The notes under the pieces: generated by a model
What the model saw: only the letters and a program-made list of their open reading frames with translations
Database searches by the model: none
What the model was told of the DNA's origin: nothing
From: an uncultured Nitrososphaerota archaeon
GTDB taxonomy: Archaea > Asgardarchaeota > Njordarchaeia > Njordarchaeales > Njordarchaeaceae
Direction of reading: 5' to 3'
Length of the DNA stretch: 19,963 nt
Assembly (NCBI GenBank): GCA_964518475.1
Contig: CAZFGR010000028.1
Span: 1 to 19,963, forward strand
In this document: piece after piece, positions 1 to 7,908 of the stretch
Numbering within the stretch: position 1 is the first letter of the stretch
Layout of the letters: every line of letters begins with the position of its first letter
Program-made: the position numbers and the translations under genes

Positions 1-218
1 GGCAAGAACTAGGCTGAGAAAAGAGATAAATTTGAAACAAAGCCTTCTGAAAGATAAGTAGTTAGAGGAGTAGAAGTTAAGTAATTGATTATACATGATA
101 ATAAAAGTTTCCCCCCCATGAGAATGAGTCTTTAACCACAGACACAAGACTTTTCCTTCTAAAGAGTATATATTTTCTCCTATATAATGATTTACGATTC
201 TCTCACATTCCGTTAAAA

Positions 219-266
219 ATAAATAGTATACATAGGTTTATTCTTCAAGCTATATAGTCTACATAG
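219..266. promoter_or_regulatory. Four MTAHATAG boxes arranged as two 9-bp-spaced pairs flanking a TATA-like element upstream of phoU; putative operator
   Basis: ATAAATAG 219-226, ATACATAG 228-235, CTATATAG 250-257 (perfect palindrome), CTACATAG 259-266. TTTATT at 237-242 lies between the pairs, and a GGGAGG RBS at 271-276 precedes ATG 280. Confidence 0.5.
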
Positions 267-279
267 ACGGGGGAGGAAA

Positions 280-1308
280 ATGAAGGAGTTAAGGAGAATT
301 CAAAAAACTGGAGGCGCTACCTATATAATTTCTTTACCGAAGCGTTGGATCAAACAACAGGGATTAAATGTTGGAGATATAATCGCCATAGAGCCTCTCC
401 CAGACGGGAATTTAATTCTTAGCCCATATAGGTTCGAAGAGACGAAGATTCATCGGGAGGCTGTATTAGAGGCTAATCCTAAAGAAAGCGTTGATGTGCT
501 TATAAGGAACTTTGTTGCATACTATCTCGTGGGCTATGATTCGATAAAAGTGTTATTTAAAGAGGGTATGAGGCAACACAAGGAGGCTTTAAAGAATTTT
601 GTGCGGGAGAAACTGATAGGGGCTGAAGTCATCGAAGAATCGGCGAAACATGTTTTGATTCAATGTATTGTTCGTTATAATGAGCTTCCATTGAAAAAGA
701 CCTTGGAGAGGATGAGTGTTTTAGCGGAATTCATGATAGATGACGCTATCAGGGCATTTATTGATTTTGATAAGGATTTGGCTGAAGAGGTTATTAGAAG
801 AGACAATGACGTGGATAGATTTTATCTGTACGCTGTAAGACAACTAAAACAGCTAATAAGTAATGTAAGAGCAAAATTACCAGAGGAAATAAAGCGTCCA
901 AGAGAATTCCTAGGTTATAGGATTGTTGTTAAGAGTATTGAGAGAGTAGCTGATCATGCCGCTAGAATCGCGTCAAGTGCTAATAGGCTCGAAAAATGTA
1001 TCTCAGAAGATCTTGGTAAGATTTTTCTCTCTTTATCGAGAAATGTTAGAGCAATATTCAGGGAGGCCGTGACCTCATTTCTTGAGAGGGATCTCAGCTC
1101 TTCTCACAGAGTTATAAATAAATCAGTAGAGTTTTCTCGAAAGTGCGAATCTCTCCTACTAAAGATCTTATCCAATGCTGATGCTAGAACCGCTGCCATG
1201 CTCTCTCTTGTACTAGATAGTATTAAAAGAATAGCGGATTATAGTGCTGATATTGCTGAAATAGCCTTAAATCTAAGTATTGAAACTCTAAGAAAGAGAT
1301 CTCAATAG
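280..1308 (+). CDS. phoU: Phosphate uptake regulator, archaeal type (N-terminal AbrB/MazE-like DNA-binding domain + tandem PhoU domains)
   Basis: N-terminal RRIQKTGGATYIISLPKRW...GLNVGD is the AbrB-type signature. PhoU repeats: RDNDVDRFY, KSIERVADHA and SIKRIADYSADIAE. Strong RBS. Confidence 0.93.
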   Translation: MKELRRIQKTGGATYIISLPKRWIKQQGLNVGDIIAIEPLPDGNLILSPYRFEETKIHREAVLEANPKESVDVLIRNFVAYYLVGYDSIKVLFKEGMRQHKEALKNFVREKLIGAEVIEESAKHVLIQCIVRYNELPLKKTLERMSVLAEFMIDDAIRAFIDFDKDLAEEVIRRDNDVDRFYLYAVRQLKQLISNVRAKLPEEIKRPREFLGYRIVVKSIERVADHAARIASSANRLEKCISEDLGKIFLSLSRNVRAIFREAVTSFLERDLSSSHRVINKSVEFSRKCESLLLKILSNADARTAAMLSLVLDSIKRIADYSADIAEIALNLSIETLRKRSQ

Positions 1309-1321
1309 CTTTCCATATTTG

Positions 1322-1594
1322 TTATCTAGGCGAAACTTTATTCTCCTCTTTACCAAAGCGGTTAAAGAATTCCTTTACGGTAGCTTCGATAAGTTCTCTA
1401 TCCTCATCATTAATTACGCTTAATTCTTCTTTCACTTCACCCCTAATGACTGTAGCTTCTGATCTCCCAATACTTATTCTCAGCTCTTTGAAAGCTGGAT
1501 AATAAGTTACTTCACCCACGACTTTATCATCCACAATTACCTGAAAATTCATAAGATGAGAGTCAGAATAAATATGCTTAAAAGTTATTTTCAT
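1322..1594 (-). CDS. Hypothetical 90-aa protein (beta-rich N-terminus, C-terminal helix), last gene of the YbjN-like operon
   Basis: ORF with GGAGG RBS between the upstream stop (1613) and ATG 1594. Protein-like composition, no recognised family. Confidence 0.8.
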   Translation of the reverse strand: MKITFKHIYSDSHLMNFQVIVDDKVVGEVTYYPAFKELRISIGRSEATVIRGEVKEELSVINDEDRELIEATVKEFFNRFGKEENKVSPR

Positions 1595-1612
1595 AAAAGT
1601 GGCCTCCAGCGA

Positions 1613-2044
1613 TTATTTCCCCTCTTTCTGAGGAACTGGTGAAGTAATCTCCTTTAATAACTTATTGAAGACATCGATCCCTACTAGTAATGCTTCGTAT
1701 TCCTCTATAAATATGTCTAGCGTTAAGGCACTCTCTAAGATCTCTTCTCTTAAAAGAATATTACCATCTTTATTGATCCCGAATGATACCTCAGCATAAT
1801 CATTATTAATTCTTAATAGCGAGAACATGATCTCACCCCGGTACTCTTCGGGAATTTCCTCAAGTGATGCACATTTAAGAGCCATCCATACCCATCCCTT
1901 AGTCACTCCAAGTAAAACTCTGTATTCTTTTCCATTCATTTTTTCGTGAACAATTATTTGGTTGTTCTTTTTATCCACTTCGAAATTCTTTCCCAGTAAT
2001 TTCAGATACTTTATTATTCTCTCAAAAGTGGTGAGCCCGAGCAT
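1613..2044 (-). CDS. YbjN-like / type III secretion chaperone (CesT)-fold protein, paralog B
   Basis: About 143 aa and Glu-rich. LLRINNDYAEVSFGINKDGNILLREEI matches the YbjN/CesT pattern LL.lN......f.ld..g.i.l, followed by an amphipathic C-terminal helix. Likely start is ATG 2044 with an AGGTGA RBS overlapping the upstream stop (ORF track start GTG 2053). Confidence 0.75.
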   Translation of the reverse strand: MLGLTTFERIIKYLKLLGKNFEVDKKNNQIIVHEKMNGKEYRVLLGVTKGWVWMALKCASLEEIPEEYRGEIMFSLLRINNDYAEVSFGINKDGNILLREEILESALTLDIFIEEYEALLVGIDVFNKLLKEITSPVPQKEGK

Positions 2045-2053
2045 ACCTATCAC

Positions 2054-2521
2054 CTAAACAAATTCTATTTTCTGTTCCTCCTCCATTATCCTCTTTATCT
2101 CTGGATACACAGCATTTTTGAACCTCTGATAGGCCGCTGGTATTGCATGGTATTCTTCCTCAAAAACATCGAAGGATAAAGCCCCTAGGAAGATATAGTG
2201 AACGATATAGATATTATAGCTATCATCCATTGCGAAATTGAATTCGGGGAACCTGAAACTTAATCGGAGGAGTTCTCTGTATAGAATGTGAGTAGAGCCC
2301 ACCAGTTTCTGTACTTCGTCCCCACTCATTAGGATAGATCTGATAACAACCCATCCAGGTTTGGCTATTTGGATCTCTATGGGTATCTTATCACCATTAA
2401 CCACTTCTTCGATGAGCATTACTAAGTTTCGTTCATCAATATCCACAATTTTCTTGCCCATTAGTTCAAGATAGAAACGAACTTTTTCAAAGCCCTTACT
2501 GAACTCTTCACTAATACCCAA
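2054..2521 (-). CDS. YbjN-like / type III secretion chaperone (CesT)-fold protein, paralog A
   Basis: ELLRLSFRFPEFNFAMDDSYNIYIV. Aligns by eye with the downstream paralog (FE....YL.L.GK, NG, GWV, LLR, AL..D.F.EEY.A). TTG start with AGGGGT upstream. Confidence 0.72.
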   Translation of the reverse strand: MGISEEFSKGFEKVRFYLELMGKKIVDIDERNLVMLIEEVVNGDKIPIEIQIAKPGWVVIRSILMSGDEVQKLVGSTHILYRELLRLSFRFPEFNFAMDDSYNIYIVHYIFLGALSFDVFEEEYHAIPAAYQRFKNAVYPEIKRIMEEEQKIEFV

Positions 2522-2574
2522 TCCAGACCCCTAGTAAATCGAAGAGAGTCGCAGAGCATAATATGTAAATCCAG

Positions 2575-2589
2575 CTTAAAATTTTTTCC
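2575..2589 (-). promoter_or_regulatory. Putative BRE-TATA promoter of the YbjN-like operon
   Basis: Minus strand reads GGAAAAAA-TTTTAAG about 55 nt upstream of TTG 2521. Confidence 0.5.
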
Positions 2590-2753
2590 ACGAAAATTTC
2601 TCTACTACTAAATGTTCTAAGCCCAAAGAAAGATCACCAAGAAATACATACTTTATTAGAAAACTCATGAGAGGTTTAAACTTTATACTCAGGGCTGAGA
2701 AATAGATGAAGAAAAATGAGAGGAGTTTAAGCAATAAATTATCATTGATACGG

Positions 2754-3456
2754 TTATATTAGAATGTCTAGTAAGTTGTAGAGAAAGTGCGTTATCATTA
2801 CAGAGTAGAGATTCTCGGTTTTTTCATAGATGTAGCACATGAACATCTCGAAGATAAAGGTGTGTATTGCCCAAAATGATGCGGCAAAGGTTGGATAAAG
2901 GGGTAGCAGGAATAAGAAGTGAGTCATGTGTCTTATGGAGAAGAATACTGTTGAGATTATTGTTGAAAACCAGAACGAGTATTTCTCTCTCAAGTCACCA
3001 TAGATATATCCTCTATAGAAAAGCTCTTCACCAATAGGCGCCCAGATAATCACGAATAACCCGTAAATCAGCATAATGACATCGATGCTTATATTGAATT
3101 TCTGGCTTGCTTTCACAGCTAAGTAATTAAGGGCTTCGTTCAAATCATAGAGAGCAGAGTGTAGGAGATTTTTTGGCAGAAAGTATTAAGGTATATAGAG
3201 CTTCTAAGCAATACAGCGTAACGGAGACAATAATGAAACCCAAAGCAAAACTCAGTATATTTCTCTTAGAGGTCAGAGAAGCTATTGATCCGGTAGTATA
3301 ATTTTTTGCATATAGAGGAATAATTATTGCTAACGCCGCATATACCGGGAAAAACGGTGCCCACGGAACAATATAAAGGCTCTCTATAGCAACCAATACT
3401 GTGAGAAGAATTCCTAGGAGAATTATTATAGAAGGATTGTTAAGTTGCTCTCTCAT
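2754..3456 (-). pseudogene. CPBP/Abi (CAAX protease type II) intramembrane metalloprotease split by a 1-nt frameshift (pseudogene or sequencing error)
   Basis: The C-terminal ORF 2754-3143 carries all CPBP motifs (EELFYR, FSIRH, HFLYN). The N-terminal ORF 3145-3456 is transmembrane. Removing one base of the T6 run at 3169-3174 fuses them (...SAKNLLHSALYDLNEALNY...) into 233 aa. Confidence 0.8.
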
Positions 3457-3739
3457 CTCAATACGCCTACTCTAAGGAAAAAGAATTTTTCGAAAGTTGT
3501 GAAAGGAAAATATAGATTTAAGCTTATTATTTCATGAAGCTGTAGACCCACTAGTAATTTTAGCCAAGATTTATCATTTCTACTTTAATTAGAATCAGTT
3601 ATTATCGAACGAAATCATTGCAAAGATTTCAGCAGCACTGAAGTAGTGAAATGCTTAGAAGCGCCGAACATTTTTACAATAGATCATATCAGTATGCCTC
3701 TTGATGGAGTTTCCTAGGTACTGAATTGGAGGATTAGAG

Positions 3740-4930
3740 ATGATTGAAGATTGGAAGAAGCTACCTATTGGTGCGAAAAGGCTGATAACGTACTACTCAA
3801 TATCCACTATTCCCCTAGTGGGTGATATTTTCCTCCCAATATACCTCTATACTAGGGGCTGGGAGCTGATCGAGGTAGGATTCTTATTATCCTTTGGTTT
3901 CATCATGGAGATTGTGGGCAGTTTCGTTATAGGGTATCTGTTTGATAAAGGCTTCCAGCCAAAGATTGCGATGTTTATCATAGACTTTGCATCAGGAATA
4001 ATCCATATTATCTACGCGATCGCTGGAGAGCCCGAACTAATATATCTCGGGTATAGTTTATGGGGTTTTCTAGCACCTCTAACAGTTGCTTACCAAACTA
4101 TTGAGAAAGAGGTATATCCAGAAACTAGCTACGAGGCTGCATTCTCCCTACACATGGCACTCCCAAATGCTACACAGCTTATAGGGATTATAGCGTATGG
4201 GTATTTTCTAACATACATCGCACCAAGACTAACTGGTTTCAGAATTTTTTATTTCTCCACAGCATCTCTTTACTTCATAACATCAATATATATCCTAGCA
4301 AGAATTCCGAGAACCAAAGAGAGAACAGTTGTTAGCGGTCTCACAATATCGAGAATCAGCAAGGACTTACTCCCATTTTTCGTCGCGGAAATATTGATTA
4401 TTTTTGGTTACCAAATAGCCCCCCAGTTCATTTACATGAATTACGTCTTTAACATCGCTGGGTTCAACATTTTTATGATCTCCCTCACGCTTATCCTGGC
4501 CAATATAGCGGGGGTAGTGGGAGGAGCAATAACTAGTGAGAAAGCGGGGAGACGCGAGCTTCTTTTCCCAGCAATCATGGTCTCGGCATCCTCTTATGCA
4601 TTAATGTACTTGGCAAAGTTTTTCCACAAGATCCTACAAGTATTTGTCTTCAGCTGCTTACACGTTTTCGTTTCTTACCTAGCCCATACTGTTTGGTTCG
4701 TTTATCATAGATCCCTGCTCTATGAGAGAGTTCCACAGGAACATAAAGGAAAAATTTTTGGCACATTATCTTCTATGAGAAACCTTATCTTCGCGATCAC
4801 GCCGATTGTCTCGGCTCAAATAGCTACGCTTATTGACCCATTATCGAACTTTCTTATCGCAGCCATAATAATTTTGATAGCAGCTGTTCCCTACATCTTT
4901 GTAATACGTACAGCTAAAAATGAGTCATAA
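3740..4930 (+). CDS. MFS transporter
   Basis: 396 aa with about 12 hydrophobic segments. MFS-type motifs GYLFDKG, GAITSEKAGRR and VPQEHKGKIFG. GGAGG RBS. Confidence 0.9.
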   Translation: MIEDWKKLPIGAKRLITYYSISTIPLVGDIFLPIYLYTRGWELIEVGFLLSFGFIMEIVGSFVIGYLFDKGFQPKIAMFIIDFASGIIHIIYAIAGEPELIYLGYSLWGFLAPLTVAYQTIEKEVYPETSYEAAFSLHMALPNATQLIGIIAYGYFLTYIAPRLTGFRIFYFSTASLYFITSIYILARIPRTKERTVVSGLTISRISKDLLPFFVAEILIIFGYQIAPQFIYMNYVFNIAGFNIFMISLTLILANIAGVVGGAITSEKAGRRELLFPAIMVSASSYALMYLAKFFHKILQVFVFSCLHVFVSYLAHTVWFVYHRSLLYERVPQEHKGKIFGTLSSMRNLIFAITPIVSAQIATLIDPLSNFLIAAIIILIAAVPYIFVIRTAKNES

Positions 4931-5031
4931 AGGTTTCATGTACTCGGTAGACCTTCTATTTAGAACAGTTTTAAATTTAAAATTTTCATGCTGTTTTTAG
5001 TTCTTTCTTCTACTTTTTAAGGTAACCCTAA

Positions 5032-6414
5032 ATGCCTTCCGTAACCGACGTTGTTGATTATCTAATCAGGAAGGGAGTAGACTTCTGCGATGCCCGTCTA
5101 GAATCTCGGGGAACTCTTAGAATAGAGGTCGTGAATAGTGAAATAAGAGCAATAAGCAGTAATGAGCAACGGGGATTAGCCATAAGAGTATTGATTAATG
5201 GGGTCTGGGGCTATGCCTCTACGACAAGACTGGATAAAGAATCCATTAGAGAAGCTGCGGAAAAAGCCTTTAAAGCTGCAAAAGTTCTGGCAGAGAGAGC
5301 TGGTAGGAAGAAAATTTTATTAAACAGTATTGTTAGGACGGAGGAGGCAAAACCGCGCATATTGATACATCCCTGGGAAGTCCCTCTTTCTGAGAAGTTA
5401 GATGTACTATTCAGTATCAATAAAGTTCAGAAAGAGTATAGTGAAAAGATCGTTAATGTCACTACTAATTATCACGAAAGAATAGACCATTACGAGTTAG
5501 CGAATTCTCTAGGATCCCTCTTAGTATGGGATGAGATCCGCCTCTCCGTATCTTCGGCATCTATAGCGAGAGAAGCTGGTAAGATGCAATATTCTTTCAT
5601 GCGCAAGAGCGGGACAAGAGGGTTCGAGTTGCTTAAAGAATTAAACCCCGAGGAGGGCAGAAAAGTCTCTGAGGAAGCTGTTAAATTATTATCTGCTAAG
5701 AAGCCCCCTGCTGGATACTTAACAGTAATTGCGGATCCCTCCGTGGCTGGTGTATTAGCTCATGAAGTAATGGGTCATGCTTCCGAAGCAGACGAGGTTA
5801 TCAAGAAAAGAAGTTTCCTCACGGGAATCATTGGAGAACGCGTGGGTTCAGAATTGGTAACGATGGTGGACGATGGTACTCTTAATGGGGCCTATGGATC
5901 TATACCCTTTGACAGCGAAGGAACGCCTTCATCAAGAACTGTGATAATTAATAAAGGTGTATACACTAGCTATCTTCATAGTTTAGAAACTGCTTCTCTA
6001 ATGAGAGTAGAACCCACAGGAAATGGTAGAGCACAAGACTTCAATCGCAGAGTCTTTGTTAGGATGACAAATACTTTCTTCGAGCCCGGAGAATGGAGCT
6101 TTGATGAGATAATAAGTGATACAAAGGAAGGATTATTGGCGTTGAAATCCATAGGAGGGATGGAGGATCCTGTAGGCGGCGGGTTCCAGACAACAGTCTT
6201 AATGGGTTATATCATAAAGAATGGGGAATTAACAGATCTCGTTAGAGGCTTCACATTAAGCGGAAAAGCGTTAGAGATCTTAAAAACGGTCGATGCAGTA
6301 AGCAAGGAATTTAGGTTAGAGGGTGGTCATTGCGGAAAAGGAGAAGAAGATTATGTCCCAGTCTCAATAGGCGGACCGTATATGAGAGCAAAAATGTTGG
6401 TTGGAGGTGGATGA
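5032..6414 (+). CDS. tldD: TldD family metalloprotease (catalytic subunit)
   Basis: GLAIRVLINGVWGYAST; metal-binding HEVMGHASEAD (HExxxH); FDSEGTP; TGNGRA; RMTNTF; conserved C-terminal Cys in GHCGKG...PVSIGGP. Confidence 0.95.
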   Translation: MPSVTDVVDYLIRKGVDFCDARLESRGTLRIEVVNSEIRAISSNEQRGLAIRVLINGVWGYASTTRLDKESIREAAEKAFKAAKVLAERAGRKKILLNSIVRTEEAKPRILIHPWEVPLSEKLDVLFSINKVQKEYSEKIVNVTTNYHERIDHYELANSLGSLLVWDEIRLSVSSASIAREAGKMQYSFMRKSGTRGFELLKELNPEEGRKVSEEAVKLLSAKKPPAGYLTVIADPSVAGVLAHEVMGHASEADEVIKKRSFLTGIIGERVGSELVTMVDDGTLNGAYGSIPFDSEGTPSSRTVIINKGVYTSYLHSLETASLMRVEPTGNGRAQDFNRRVFVRMTNTFFEPGEWSFDEIISDTKEGLLALKSIGGMEDPVGGGFQTTVLMGYIIKNGELTDLVRGFTLSGKALEILKTVDAVSKEFRLEGGHCGKGEEDYVPVSIGGPYMRAKMLVGGG

Positions 6415-6415
6415 G

Positions 6416-7759
6416 GTGGGAATTGATCTCCATGAACTTTCTGACTATGCTCTAGAAATCTCGAAAGCCGATCAGACCGAGGTATTCTCTATAAAAGCTA
6501 CAATGAGAAACTACTATATTGATGACGGCGTAGTAACGATCGGTACAGATAATACATGGGTGGGGGTAGGAGTTAAGAGCATTATAAAGAAAAAGATAGG
6601 ATATTTCTCCAAGACTATTCACAAAAAACGTGAAGTAGAAGGCATCGTCGAAAAATCCCTTGAAATAGCAAAGACCTCTCCCTCAGATGAAAAATTTACT
6701 AGTCTCCCAAGCCCAGAAAAAATCTCGGGGAATGTGGAGGGGGTATACGATGAGAATACAGCGCAGGCAGACCCTGGAGAAATTGTGGAGAATCTAGTTA
6801 CTTTTCTAGAGAGTGCTCAAAGAGAAGGAGTTAAAGTCATGAATGGTTTCCTAAGAATATCAGTTTTTGAGTTTGTTGTCAAGAACTCTCTGGGAGTGGA
6901 CTTCTCTCACAAAGGTACACTAGTCTACCTATTCGCCACAGCTAAGAAGGAGATGGGTGAAGGAATCATTAAGAGATTCTCTACCTCGCTTAAGGGAATA
7001 AATTACCAGGAGGCTGGTGAGGATCTATTCGAGAGAACAAAACTGGCTAGCAGTGCAAGAGCGTTTAAAGGTGTTAAGGAAGTAGATGCGATAATTGCCC
7101 CAATGGAAGCCGCTGGAATCCTCTCAGTAATACCTACCGCCGCGAGCGGAGAATTAATTAATCGGAGAGCCAGCCCTTGGATTAACAAACTCGGACAAGA
7201 AATAGCCTCAAAGGATTTAACAGTAATAGATGATGGCCGTCTCCCAGGAGGATTAAGGAGTGCATTAGCTGATGACGAGGGAGTCCCAACTACTAAGAAA
7301 CCTATTATAGAGAGTGGTATTCTAAAGAACTACTTATTCGACACATACAATGCGGGAATAGCAGGCACAAAGTCCACGGGGAACGGCTTTAGACGGGGCG
7401 TAACAAGTATCGAGGATGCTCATACAAGACCAGTATCATGCGAAGCCTCAAACGTGATCATCCAAGCAGGGAATAAAGACTTGCAAGATCTAATCAGTGA
7501 GACTGATGAAGGAGTACTAATCTACAAATTCGCTTACCCACAAGTAGATCCCATATCTGGAAACTTCGGTTTAGAAGTCAGAAATGCTGTGCTGATAGAG
7601 AATGGTAGTGCCGAAACAGCCATAAAACACGCAATACTTGCTGGAAACATCTATACCGCATTAAGAAACATAAGCGGCCTCGGAAAGCAACAATACTTCA
7701 TCGAAAACTTCCTAGTACCATATATAAGATTCTCTAAACTACAACTCGTCGGACTATAA
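6416..7759 (+). CDS. pmbA: PmbA/TldE family protein (non-catalytic partner of TldD)
   Basis: DDEGVPT, STGNGFR, VDPISGNF. Lacks the HExxxH motif and abuts the tldD stop. Likely start is GTG 6416 after GGAGGTG (ORF track start TTG 6401). Confidence 0.92.
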   Translation: MGIDLHELSDYALEISKADQTEVFSIKATMRNYYIDDGVVTIGTDNTWVGVGVKSIIKKKIGYFSKTIHKKREVEGIVEKSLEIAKTSPSDEKFTSLPSPEKISGNVEGVYDENTAQADPGEIVENLVTFLESAQREGVKVMNGFLRISVFEFVVKNSLGVDFSHKGTLVYLFATAKKEMGEGIIKRFSTSLKGINYQEAGEDLFERTKLASSARAFKGVKEVDAIIAPMEAAGILSVIPTAASGELINRRASPWINKLGQEIASKDLTVIDDGRLPGGLRSALADDEGVPTTKKPIIESGILKNYLFDTYNAGIAGTKSTGNGFRRGVTSIEDAHTRPVSCEASNVIIQAGNKDLQDLISETDEGVLIYKFAYPQVDPISGNFGLEVRNAVLIENGSAETAIKHAILAGNIYTALRNISGLGKQQYFIENFLVPYIRFSKLQLVGL

Positions 7760-7794
7760 TCCCGCACAAAAACCCACTAGCTCCCTTTAGCTCA

Positions 7795-7850
7795 TCCCTA
7801 ATCCTTTTTCTTTTACTTCTCATTTTCTAAGCACTTTTTGATAAAAAATA
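7795..7850. terminator. T-rich putative archaeal terminator region between convergent pmbA and the ino1-like gene
   Basis: CCTTTTTCTTTTACTTCTCATTTT...CTTTTTG on the plus strand, followed by A-tracts that are T-tracts on the minus strand. Confidence 0.4.
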
Positions 7851-7908
7851 GTTGAAGAGGTATAAATTAGAGAATTTAAGAAAGAACATTCTTTAAAAAC
7901 ATTCCTTT

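Noticed and set aside
1-96. Minus-strand frame open from ATG 96 to the window edge (MYNQLLNFYSSNYLSFRRLCFKFISFLSLVLA), vaguely signal-peptide-like
   Set aside because: Only 32 codons are visible, with no family match and no well-placed RBS. It cannot be distinguished from chance or from the 3' end of a plus-strand gene.
3651-3704. 17-aa ORF MLRSAEHFYNRSYQYAS upstream of the MFS gene, considered as a leader or RiPP precursor
   Set aside because: No good RBS, no precursor-like composition, and it overlaps the likely promoter.
3700-3745. GATGGAGTTTCC resembles the 5' part of a fluoride (crcB) riboswitch
   Set aside because: The complementary 3' element (TAATGACTCC-like pseudoknot strand) is absent.
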